Shown piece after piece: positions 1-12,344 of a DNA stretch of 64,000 nucleotides (positions are counted from its first letter, which is position 1; every line of letters starts with the position of its first letter). Below the pieces are notes generated by a model. That model searched no databases. It was given only the letters and a program-made list of their open reading frames with translations, and was not told where the DNA came from. The stretch comes from Chiloscyllium plagiosum. Its lineage: Eukaryota. The position numbers and the translations under genes were made by a program. Location of the stretch: the NCBI RefSeq assembly GCF_004010195.1, contig NC_057753.1, positions 1,881,243 through 1,945,242 on the forward strand. Direction: 5' to 3'.

Positions 1-542
1 TAAGACTCTGGTGCGGCCGCGTCTGGAGTATTGTGTGCAGTTTTGGTCGCCATACTATAGGAAGGATGTGGTGGCACTGGAACGGGTGCAGAGGAGGTTT
101 ACCAGGATGTTGCCTGGTATGGTAGAAAGATCGTATTAGGAAAGGCTGAGGCACTTGGGGTTGTTTTCATTGGAGAAAAGAAGGTTTAGGGGTGACTTGA
201 TAGAGGTGTACAAGATGATTAGGGGTTTAGATAGGGTCGACAGTGAGAATCTTTTTCCATGTGTGGAGTCAGCTATTACAAGGGGGCATAGCTTTAAGTT
301 AAGGGGTGGTAGGTATAGGACAGATGTTAGGGGTAGATTCTTTACTCAGCGAGTCGTGAGTTCATGGAATGCCCTGCCAGTAGCAGTGGTGGACTCTCCC
401 TCATTATGGGCATTTAAGCGGGCATTGGATAGGCATATGGAGGATAGTGGGCTAGTGTAGGTTAGGTGGGCTTGGATCGGTGCAGCATCGAGGGCCGAAG
501 AGCCTGTACTGCGCTGTATTCTTCTATGTTCTATGTTCTATG
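1..542 (+). mobile_element. CR1-type LINE 3' end (ORF2 C-terminus, 3' UTR, (TTCTATG)n tail); runs off the left edge
   Basis: Reads KTLVRPRLEYCVQFWSPYYRKDV..LERVQRRFTRMLPGM, then a premature stop, then LGLFSLEKRRFRGDLIEVYK (ORF 155-460); tail ttctatg x3 at ~522-542. Confidence 0.92.
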
Positions 543-599
543 TACCTGAAATGCACAAACGGGTCTGAAGGGAGAGCACCTAAGAAGTGTTGAATTAAT

Positions 600-2030
600 T
601 AACCATTCACATAGAAAACCATTGAGTGCTCCACTGTTGAATAAGATCATAGCTGATCTCATACTCCTCATCTCCATTTCCCAGTCTGTTGCCTAGAACG
701 CTTGATTCTCCCATCAATTAAAATCGGTCTATTTCAGACTTGAATATGGTGATTGTTAAGGCCTCTACAGTTGCCTGTGGTAATGAACTCGACAATTTCA
801 CGACCCTCTGAAAGAATTAATTCCATTTTTTCGATTTTAAATGTACTACCTCCTACTTTGACATTATTCCTTGCAGTGCTAGACTCTCCCAGAAAGAGAA
901 ACAATCTCTCAGCATCTACCCTGTCAAGGCCATTAAGAAATATTTTTTTTAAAAACTAAGTTCAATTCTAATTCTTCTAAATGTCAATGTTAACAATCCA
1001 AACTACGTGACCTGTCCTGAAAAGAAAATTCCTCCCTGCCTTGGATCAGTTACTGTTCTCTTGAATGTCACCAATGCCATTGTCTCTTACCTTAGAATAG
1101 TGGACCAGAATTGTTCAGATTAGTCTAGGTGAGGTCTAAGAAAACCTTCTATGGTTTTCTTAAGATTTCCCCATTTCTGCATTCTATCCCCTTAGATAAA
1201 GGCAAATATTCCAGTTAACCTCCTTATTATCCACTGAACCAGTGTGTTACCTTTTTATAATTTATGTGCAAGCCCCCCGCCCCCAAATGCCTTTGTGTTG
1301 CAACCCAAACCTTCTCTTCCTCATTATATTCATTCTTCCATGTTTAGGAGACTTGCCTAATCAACCTGGATTCCTTTGTGTTAACCTTGCTACGAGTCTT
1401 CCAAACAATTTTTGTGATACCACGCCCACTTACCACATTAATGTCATGAATACACGTTGTAAATGAATGTACAATAGTAGTCCCAGAACCAATCCCTATG
1501 ATACTCCACCAGTTGCAGGTTGCCATCTGGAAAATATCTTACTTATCCGAACAATGTCTTCTATTAACTAGCCAATTCTCTCTATGAAAATGTACGAACT
1601 ACTCAGCTTGTGCTATTGCTCAGTGTTTTCAAACACCTTTTAGAAATTCAGAGATATTACACATATTGATCCCAGTTTATCTTTACTTGTTACCTCCAGA
1701 AAAAAATATAATAAATTTGTTCGGCATTGTTTTCATTTTAATGAAGCCTTGTTGAATCAACTTGATTTGATTGTATGTTTCTAAATATTCAGCAGAAACA
1801 TTATTTACAATAGATTATAACGTTTTTCTAAGGACATATTTTAAATTAACTCACTCTTTTATGTCTCCTTTTGTGTTTCTAATCATTTGGAACATTTCCA
1901 GCAACTAAGGATTCTTGGAATTTTATACTGTGCATCCATATCATTTTTAGCTACTTCCTTTGGTATCCGAGGACACAACCCATGAAGTCCAGGGTATGTA
2001 TTGGCTTTTCGTCCCAATATTTTCACCAGG
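600..2030 (-). mobile_element. Old, heavily degraded CR1/L2-like LINE remnant, part of the duplicated unit
   Basis: Antisense CR1 3'-type phrases (NNLSASTLSRPLR on the + strand); a paralogous copy lies at ~25620-26340 and ~31860-32430. Confidence 0.5.
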
Positions 2031-2289
2031 AATGATTATGGGGAATACGTGATAGTCATTGTTATTTATTTTCTTCCCATTAGTTTGCCTTCAGTACTTC
2101 GGAGTTTAGAAATTCTGTTAGTGGTCATTTACATGCAAGGGTCTTTTTCCCACCCCCTTCCATCCCAGGCCTCTACTTGAAACTTTCTGGAGGGCTATTT
2201 CTAGATTTTCAAAATAAACATTTTTCCATTCGCATCACTCTTTCATGGAGTGACTGGGTATTGTTGTAATAATCATGACAGGCATGGAT

Positions 2290-2612
2290 GTCTTGGTTAG
2301 ACGAAGTATTTTCCTCACGGTGGGAGAGTCCAAAACCAGAGGGCATAGGATAATTGAGAAAAGGATAATATATGAAAGGAAAATAAGGTGCAAAGTTTTC
2401 GTGCACAAGGTGCATGCGTGGAATGAATTGCCAGAGAAAGTGGAGGCTGGTACAATTACAACATCGGAAAACTATCTCGAATGATACATGAATAAGAAGG
2501 GATTAGAGCTGGGCTGAATGCTGGCAAGTGGAGCTCAGTTAATTTCAGTTATGTGATCAGCACAGATGTGTTGGACCGACTGATCCGTTTCCACGTTATG
2601 CATCTCTATGAC
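2290..2612 (+). mobile_element. Short CR1 3' fragment
   Basis: VGESKTRGHR..AWNELPEKVEAGTITT; ends catctctatgact. Confidence 0.7.
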
Positions 2613-5578
2613 TTTGTTTCTGCAGTTGTGTTATTAAATGGGCAATTTGGACTCAGACAAATACATGATTAGACAAATTAATCAATATTCTTAATAATTA
2701 TCACTGCTCCCTGAACTTTAAACCTAAAATACTGAAGGTGAGCATTAACTCAGTGTGTCATTTAAATCGGCACAAGAGAACTTGCATAGGAATAAGAATA
2801 TGTCATTCAGCCCATGGAGCCCAGTCTACTATTAATAAGATAATCCGTGACGCATGAACTAATTCCTTATGCGTATTTTGGGCTCATCTCCCCTAATACA
2901 CTTGCATCGGAAAAAAAGAAGCTTTGTCTATCTCAGAATTGAATTTAACGATTGAATTAACATCGACCAATGTTTGAGAAAGATAGTTCCAAACGTCCTC
3001 TACTCATGCTTTGTAACATCTCTCCTGAAAGGCCTGGCCTTAATTCTTAGATTACGCCCCTATTTCTAGAATCTTCAAACAGTGGAAATAATTTATCTTT
3101 TACCCCCTTGTCTTTATTTGTTCATATTTTAAGGATCTCGATTAGATCACCCTTAAACTTCTGAATTGTAAGGAATCAAGACTCAATTTATCCCATCTCT
3201 TCTCATAACTTAGACCCTGAAGTCAAGATATTGTCCGTGTAAACCTGCATTTAACGACCTTCAGGGCCAAAATATTCTCTCTAGGCTAACGCAAAGTGGG
3301 GTTTAGCCAGGGTTTTGCGTGACTGCGGTGCAACATTTGCATCCTTAAACTTCAACACTTTAGAAATGAAGGCGAGAATTCCATCGGCTGTATTGATGAT
3401 TTTGTGCAACTGTTCATGGCCTTTTAAAGAACACCAAAATTTCACTGGATATCCTCTGCATTTGATTATGTGATTTCTTAAGAAAAAATACAAATTTAAA
3501 AAGAGAAAACTAATGCTGTCTTCCATCAATGAAAAAAAAATCATCACCTTAAAACGTTTCCTTGAAGGCTTGAGGACAGAGTTAATCTTATGTATTTTTG
3601 ACTCGAACCTCCGTGAAAACTCGCAGGGAGTTAATGAAAGCGAGGCACGAACATCTTCTTTCTCTTTCAGTCAACAACAAGACACATGAAAGTGACTCAG
3701 GCGCCAGATTGTTTCACAGCTGGTTATCAGGAAGTACAATGTGGCAGAAAAAATTAACAACTTCTTCCATGGAAAGGACACTGCAAAGATCGAGAGGACT
3801 TTGTAATTCAGATTGGAACGCCTTCAAATATTGAACTTCAACGGCCCAATGAGCAGCAAACATCTGAAAGAAGTGGCAGTGAGAAGATAAAGAACAACAG
3901 TCAGGAGGTCTGGAAATAGTGTGACAGTAAAGATCCACAGATAGCTAGGTTGCGATATGAAACAGGGCCAGCAGGCCAGGAGGATGGAAATCCACAAAGT
4001 TGGGAAAGAGAAGGCAAAGACAGATATGTGTTACAAAGGAGGGAAAATGGGCTTAAAAGGGTAGGTGGGCTGTAAAACTGGAGAGAGATTGGTTAGTCAA
4101 GAAAGCATTTCCATACCTCTCAAAAGCAAAATAGGAACCATGGAAACTAACAAAGAATTCCTTGTAAATTAATGTGAAATCGCTCGCCTAAGTCTACAGG
4201 AAATCAGAAGCTACTAGATGGAAGAAAATGTAACAGACCGTTTCATAATGAATGCTGTGTTTAACTACATAATTTAACATTGCCATTTTATTTCATGAAG
4301 ATTACAGTTAAGTTGTTAATTCATCTCAAATATTCGCACAGATATATTGAACTAAGTCAAAAAATTACTGACAGGCCTTGCTCGGTGTGTAATTTCACTG
4401 CATGATAGATAATGTTCAAGACATTAAATATCAATTCAGACCTTCTAAAAAAACTTTATCTGCACTTCCCAACTATTCGGACTCACAGCAGTATGGGAGT
4501 TGATTAAGCAGCTCTAATGTGGACTTCTGATTAGGAAACTGTCTAACAAAACCGAAACAAAAATCTTCACAATCATTACTCACCAAAGAGGGAGATCAAT
4601 ACAGAACTCGAACTCACAGGAAATATCCTCAAAACAATGAACACTGACTGAGGTTCAATTTTCTGGCCATGTCCATGAAACGTTGCCTCAGGTCACTCTA
4701 AGTTTCTTGTAATTTTGTGCTGATATCTTCTCTCACCTGAATGAATTCATAATGCTCAGTTGGCCAGATTGTTACTTAGATCACAGCGGTACAGCATGTC
4801 ATTGCTCCTGACACCTTTCAGCGATATGCAAATGTCTCTTGTGAGATTTCATAATCTGCTACACACATGGACATTTCGCACTGAACTGTGCGACGTTTTG
4901 TAGGGAAACCACGGACGGTCAATTCATTAGATTGATTTTATAAATTCACAGGATTTGGACTCCCTCTCTGTTTGGTTTTGTTGCCCATTTAAGAGTCATT
5001 GCTGTGGGCCTGGAGTATCATGTCGAACTTTTAGAAATATTCAGGTAAAGACAGCAGCTTACTTCCACAAATGCCATTAGTGAATCTGATTTTCTCACCC
5101 GACAAATATTTCCTAGTTATCTTTGACACTTATTTCCAGCTTTGTTATTAAATTGAAATCCCACCAATCGCTATAGCGTGACTGGTACCAGGAATCTAGC
5201 GCACCTGGAGGACACTCACGTGGACATGAGGAGCACATGAAAAATGCAACAAATCGTCAACTGAGGTTGGGATCGAACTGGATCCCCGAAACTGTGGGGC
5301 AGCCGAGCTAAACACTGCGCTGCTTATCCCATGTTTGATTCAACCTGATGAAAGTCCAGTGAAATCAAAGAAAGTAATGATCAGATTTTGACGTCAACCA
5401 TATCTCGGTCTGAACTGCATTCATTCTAACAGTTGGGATTGATTCGAACCTAAAGCTGGGAGGGAATTTAATATTTTGCCAGTCAGTTTGCGGCATTTTG
5501 TAACCTGCTGACAATGGAAATATCTTTCTTTATATTGTCCTTAAGCTTTTGCAAGATGAAAAGAACAATAGTTCATTT

Positions 5579-6161
5579 TGATATTGACCAGGCCAGACCC
5601 GCTCAAAACGTTTTAAGAAGGTAGCCCAGTCCCTAGCTTGTTTTGGGCACATGTACAGTGGATAGTCCAGGAATGATGCAGTTGGTCAAAACTTTCAGCT
5701 CTAAACAACATGGAATTTGTTAAATACTGGGGATGAAGTACGGACAAAAGTAAACAGAATTTAAAATAACTTTACTTATTTGATAACCTAACCAACTCTA
5801 CAGCAACTTGACGAAGGAACTGTTCCAGTTCCTGTAACAACCCAAAAGCACATCTGTCGGAAGAAGGTGAATTCATACCTAGGTTCTTACAGGTAGGAGA
5901 GATTACAGAGAGAAAATTCAGGTAAGACTTCCGTTGAAGTACAGAACCTCTTTGCACTGTAGCTGCCTTTCAAGTGCGCAGCAGTTTTTGACTTAAGTTA
6001 AACTTAACCAAGCCAGAATAAACCTGATCTGGGAGAACTTGCCACACACACGTCATTGTTCAAAGTAACCATTTCCAGAGAAACAGGTACCTTTGCCTTT
6101 ACAACCCCTCTTGAAAAATGCGAAGGACAACTTCACCTTTTTAAAGGGACAGCATTATCAC
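5579..6161 (-). repeat. 3' LTR of Gmr1-like element 1
   Basis: Aligns by eye over its length with 11335-11928 (e.g. ccaggccagacccgctcaaaacgttttaagaag vs ccaggccaaacgcgtcaaaaagttttgagaat). Confidence 0.8.
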
Positions 6162-8728
6162 TCCATCCCCATCAAAATACAAAGATGCCTTCATTTTAAA
6201 ACCCCTTAATATTAACCTGCTATCACATTACGATTTACACATGCATTACATTGACTATAACCATGCAAACATTCACTCGTATATTGTATTTCAGTCTGTG
6301 TACACCTGTCGCTGATCACCTCTACTTCTCATCCAAGCCCCGGCAATGCATCAGCAATCAGGTTTTCTCACCCTGCCACATGCACAATATTTAAACTGAA
6401 TGGCTATAATAATAAGCTCCATATCAGCATCCTGGATTTCTTGCCCTTAAATTTCTCCAAAAACGTTAATAATTTATGATTGTCTCAGACGCATTATTTA
6501 CAATATAAGTGCTGACATTTTGTAATATCAGCAACAAGCCCATAGTTCCCTTCTCAAGTGTTGAATATTTCTGCTGATGAATAAATAATTTCCTGGAGAA
6601 AGACCAGACAGGTCTTTCTAAGTTCTCGCCATCTTCTTGTAAGAGTACAGTAACAACACCCATATCACTTACATCGATAGTCACCCTGAATGGCTTCGCA
6701 TAATTTCATGAGACTAACACTGTGACATTGGTTAACACAGCTTTCTGTCTGTCAAATGCTTGTTGACAGCCCACCTTCCTTTGAAAATTCTTACATTTTA
6801 TTAGTAGTTCAATGAGTGGAGCGGTCGCATTGTGAAAATTCTGTACGAATATTCTGTAAAACCCAGTCAATCCCAGGAGCTGTAGCTCTGCTGTCTTCGT
6901 TGATGGTATGGAGAAATTCCTAAATAACCTTGGTTTTCACTTTCCATGGCGTTATCTACCCATGTTCGACAACATGGCCCAGGAAGGTGATTTTGGCATA
7001 GGCAAATTCACTCTTAGCCAAGTTTATCACGAAGCAAGTCTCCTGAAATCTATGGAATAATTCTGACAGATGCTGCAACTGTTCCTTTCATGCGTGACTA
7101 AAAGTCATCAGTTCATTGATGTAATCCACACGGCTGTGCAATCTGGAAATTTCTTTATTGGTTCATCATTGAAATGTGGCTGGCACCTTTTTTTTCATAC
7201 GAAATGGCATGATTTTAAATTGATACAGTCCATTTACTGTTCTGAAACCTGAAACTGTCTCTACTCTTTCACACAAAGATACCTCCCGGTATCTTCTCTG
7301 TGAGTCCAAACTAGAAATAAATGTGGTTTGTCCCACTTGACAATGTAATCTTCCAAGTGCAGAATCGGATATGAATCAGACTTTGTAACTGCATTGACGT
7401 TGTGACATTACAAACACAATTATTGCGTTTTGGCACCATTTCTATGTTGAAGCTACACTTTGTGCATTTCAATTCGGTTATGCCATCTTGGACCATGCAT
7501 TAAGTCTCCTTTTGAATCTGTGCCAACCTTAGAGGGTTAAAACAATATGGAGTTTGCTTAATTGGCTCAACACTTCCTATATCTACATCATGCATAAATA
7601 AATTCGTACATCCCAGCATAACCCCGCGCATCTGCCAATGTGATAATAATAACTCTTTCAGGTCATTTCGATTATTCTCTGGAAGGTAACTCAATAATTT
7701 AGCCTACGTTTTGACAACGTCCTCATTGTGCAATATAATTTGAGGAGTGTCCAATTCAAAATCCTCTGAACTTCGTGCTTACTCTGTTTTGTACAGTAAT
7801 GCATTCTCTTTTTGCTTTCCACCCATATCAAAATGCCTTTTGAGCATATTTATATTAAACACTCTGACACGGCTTTCTGTCTGGAGTTCTTATCCATTAA
7901 TTCACCTCACTCAAATCTCCTTTCGAATTGATAAGGTCCAATAAACCATCTTTTAATATTTCACCTGTCACTGGAATTAAGACTAACACATTATCTCCGA
8001 CAGCAAAATTGTGAGTTTTTGATTTCTTGTCTGCTTCCCGTTTCATCATTTGCTGTGTTATTTTTAAACGTTGTCTAGCCAACTCCCCCACTCTATTTAA
8101 TCGTTCCCTGAAATTTGACACATAGTCCAAATGTGTGCTCTCTGAATTCTGACTCACCAACTTCTCCTTAATTAATATTGTGACTCTCTCACTTCATACC
8201 CCACAACGAATTCAGTTGGGCTGAATTTAGTCAATTCGTTTGATACATCTTTCTTGGCAAAAAAAAGTACAAACAAAATTCATTTACTCCAATCTTCCGA
8301 ATTGGCTTGGTTATAAGCTTTCAATGTGATCTTTAACGTCTGTTTCCATCTTTCGAGGGTACACTGCAATTCTGGATGGTACACAGTTAATTTGAATGGT
8401 TTTATTATTAAGCTGCCAATAGCTTCCTTGAATAATTTTAAGCAAATTATGACCATTCATCTGATTGTATCTTTGTGGTCAGTCCGTACCTAGTGAAAAA
8501 AAAGAGTAACTCTTCTCGAATCCTGTTAGCTATGATATTGCATATTGGAATGGACTCAGAAAATCTAGTGGGAACATTCATTAATGTGAACAAATACAAA
8601 TTCCCACTTCTTCTATTTCAGTAGGGCTTCTAGGGAATCAGTAAAGACGCTTGTAAAACGTTCCTGAAATGTAGGAATCACTATTAAAGGTGTGGGTTTT
8701 ATTACAGCCCGTGGTTTTCCAATTACCT

Positions 8729-8880
8729 TAAAAATGTGTTGGTGGAAAAGCGCAGCCGGTCAGGCAGCATCAATGGAACAGGAGAATCGACGTTCCTTTG
8801 ATGCTGCCTGACCTGCTGCGCTTTTCCACCAACACATTTTTAGGCTCTGATCTCCAGCATCTGCAGTCCTCATTTTCTCT
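8729..8880. mobile_element. Hairpin (5'-inverted) insertion of a Penelope-like terminal repeat inside the integrase
   Basis: 51-bp inverted arms 8729-8779 and 8792-8842 with 2 mismatches; exact 14-bp target duplication ttttccaattacct at 8715-8728 and 8881-8894. Confidence 0.85.
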
Positions 8881-11334
8881 TTTTCCAATTACCTGACAAG
8901 TATGACATGCCTGTCAAAATTCAACCACATCCGTGTGCAGTTCAGGCCTGTAAAATGTTTTTCTTTTGCAGCTTGAGTTTTTCTTAACCCTAAATGACCT
9001 CCTACTGTTAGTTCATGATTTATCTGAAACACCTTGTTTCTACACTTCACTGGTAAAATGACTTGATAAACTTCTGCCCTTTTCTTATCTGCTTGATTGT
9101 GTGATGGTCTCTATTACGTCGGGCAAGACATATTTCGTAAGATAGCAACATGCAAGGATACACTTCGTTTCTTTTTCTGGAAACACTTTTTGATCCAATG
9201 TGTTCAGGTTTTCAACTTTCTGTTGTAACCCAGTTAACTTCTCTGAGCTAAACTTGTCCACCTTGTCCTTCACTTGTTTCTTTTTTGTCTCAAATATTTG
9301 ATCAAATATATTCTCTGATAATTTACTTTAACGTTTTTATCTGTATTATTTGATTTCGCCTCCCTTTCAACTGCTGACTTTGTGACCTACTTACCTCACA
9401 GTAAAGATCAATCCCAGGATATGCTTACAGTTATACTGCAGTGGCCTGATTAGAGGCTTCTTTTTCAATCACAGTAGACAGCAGTTCTTCCTGTCAATCA
9501 ACTATACCGCTAGCAAGAACCAATTATATTCTTGTAGCCGAGATTATTTCCAGTACCCCTACCATTACTTCTCAAGTTTTCACTGGGCACTCTAACTCAC
9601 TCTACATAATTGAGCGTTTCTTATCTCACCGTTAATTCCACATAGCAGCACTTTTACTGGCAGTAGTCATTCTGAGTTAAATATCTTCTCATCTCTCAAC
9701 ATCAATTATTGACATGATCCCATATCTCTTAATACGGTTGCATCTTTACTTGCTGCTCCTGACCTGTGCAAGTCAACTTTCCCATCGCATGTATATGGTT
9801 TAAGAAGATCTGGCACCTCCTCCTTAAACAACTTCCGATAAGGTTGTGCATTCGATTGCAGCGTTTCAGCCTCCACAGTGTTTTACTTTATTACTCCAAC
9901 AAATTTCAATAGCTTATCCTGTTTTCCTACGTTCTTCTTCCCAGCGCTTTCCCTAACACACCAGCACTGTGATTTCATGTGGCCTACTTAATAGCAGTGA
10001 AACGACCGGAGCTTTTTAACGTCTCTTTCCCCTTCATGAGTTTCCTTTTTATCATCTGGTAAAGTTATCTTTATAATCTTCACCGAGATCTCCCTTTGCC
10101 TTACCACGAGACGATTTCACTTAGCCCCAATTTCTCTCCATCATAGATTGAAACTGATGTTGGAAACAAAATTTTGATTTGTGGAACCAACTCACAAATA
10201 TCAGCCATTTCATCTGCTAAACTTGCTGTTTTAACTCTCTACTCTTCCATATGGCGTCTCACGACTTCACAAAGTGAATTTTTCGACTCCGCTCAAATAA
10301 TTGTCTCTCGAAAAGCTTCATATATTCGATCTGTTTCTAATGCACTTATTCACCTATCAAAATTGCTTTGTTTGATACTTTCAAACTCACTGTATGTGTG
10401 ACTATGACCCGCCTTTGATTCCTGGAACGTTGCGTGTAGGCTTCTGGCACAAGCTTATATGCACCTAAGATGGCATTCTTCACCTCCTCATATTCCCACG
10501 ATACCTCGGCTGATCACTACATCCACCGACTGGCTTTGTTTGGATTAACAAAGCTCACATGGACACTGGGTCACATCATTTGCTTCGCCAACTTCTCAAA
10601 TGTAATGAAAAAGTCTTCTTCGTCATTCTCATTAAATGTAGGCAATTCTTGAACGTATTTAAGCATATCCCCACCAGGCCTTTGGCAACCATGTCTTTGC
10701 TAATCGTTACTCTCTTCCTCATTTTAGCTTATACTCTTCCTTCACCGTCACCCTTTTATGTTTTCCTGTCTAAGTGCCAATTTCTGATTTTGAATCTCTC
10801 TCTCATTCACCATTTCCCCTCTCTTTTCCCTTTCCACATGTCCTCTTTTCTATTTGTTCGGCTAAAGCGATTTTGTCTTTCCTTTTTTTGCTCTTCTTTT
10901 AATCATAATTAACTATTCCATGTGTTTTTGTCGTTCTTTTACTTTTTCCTCGAACTCAAGTCGCTTTATTTGCAATTGCAAATGTTAGACACTTCTAATG
11001 ATTTTGGTGACATTGCCACGAGATATACGTTCGGAGGTATTGCTGTAATTATGTCTCCTTTTCTCACGGGTTAAGGCAAATCCAACTCCAGGCTGTCCGC
11101 TAATTCCAGTAGCGTTGCACTTTTCATCCTTTGTAAAATTTCCAATTTCATTTCTTCTAACCGCAGGTAACTCCAAGTGATTGAAAGCCATCACTGCACC
11201 AAACACTGCTAATCCAACTGAATTCAACAAACGGATCAAAATACAACAACACATAGTACTCGCCACTTTCGATTCCAAAAAACCCAATCCCAAATCGGGA
11301 CTAAAAAAACAAGTCGCGCTAAAACCCTCCAATC

Positions 11335-11928
11335 TGTTTGGCCCAGGCCAAACGCGTCAAAAAGTTTTGAGAATATAGCCCAGACCATAACTTTTTTTAT
11401 TTTGTTGGGGTGATGTAAATGGATATTGCAGAAATGATGCAGATGATCAAACCACTCAGCTTTAAAGAAAGCAGAATTAATTTAAACGCTAGGGATGAAC
11501 CACGAATAAAAGAAAAATGAATTTCGAATAATTTAACTTCTCCGATAAACTAAACAAATCCATCACAACTTAATGAAGGAGCTGTTCCAATTCCCACAAC
11601 GTCCTATGCACACACCCCTTGTCAAAGGTTAAATTGAAACACAGTTTATTCAAGACAGGAGAGATTTCAGAAAGAAAGTTGAGGTAAAACCGATGTTGAA
11701 GCATGGAAACTCTTTTCACTTTCGCTGCTTCTCCAGGTCCTCAGCAATTTTTGACTGCTTGCTAAATCTAAACTATTCTAGAATATACCTGAACTGAGGT
11801 AAGTGACCACTCCTCTGCCATTGTTCAAAGTAACCTTTACAAATACATCGGCACTTCTGCCTTGGCGACTGCTTTTGAAAATAAAATAAAGGACAACATA
11901 CGCTCGTTAACGGGGCATCATTGCTACA
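11335..11928 (-). repeat. 5' LTR of Gmr1-like element 1
   Basis: TGT...ACA termini; direct repeat of 5579-6161; followed on the minus strand by a TGG-starting PBS-like segment. Confidence 0.8.
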
Positions 11929-12344
11929 GTTTGCATTGTGTATATTTTAATTACTGCTCTCAGTGCTCAATGTGGGGTTTGTGATACATTGGGAAAAATA
12001 GGTATGGTAATTGATTTGTTTAACAACACAAAATTCAGTCTGCAAATATTTTAATTGTATGCCCCACTCCCACAGTGCTCTTGGACTCCTGCAATGCACC
12101 AAAAAGTTGAGTGAGAGCTCGAGGTACAGCAGCTTGCATTTCAATTCAACACTTGTATACCCAATGTGGAGTTCAGCAGTTTCTGCATGACAGGATAGTT
12201 GTCAGGATCTTGAACACTTACCCTCAAATGGTGCTGGAAACTGATGTGATGTTCAGACTGCACTTGATCATCCTTCTCTCCCCCCAACGACGTCATTCTT
12301 TCTCACTCCCGCAGCAGTCAACAATTAATCTCAAAGCGTTGATT

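Larger units (their letters stand above)
5579..11928 (-). mobile_element. Degenerate full-length Ty3/Gypsy LTR retrotransposon, Gmr1-like (gag-PR-IN-RT-RH)
   Basis: Diverged direct LTRs at ~5579-6161 and ~11335-11928; purine tract next to the left LTR. Minus-strand order: gag with CCHC remnant FHCY*VGHMKSQCW (~9960-10005); protease LRDMGS (~9720); integrase HELTVGGHLG..CQACHTCQ (8880-9020) and YHPELQCTLER (~8360); RT PIKQTPY (~7550); RNase H IDVSD..FSRKL..YSTLEK (6466-6690). Many stops and frameshifts. Confidence 0.9.
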
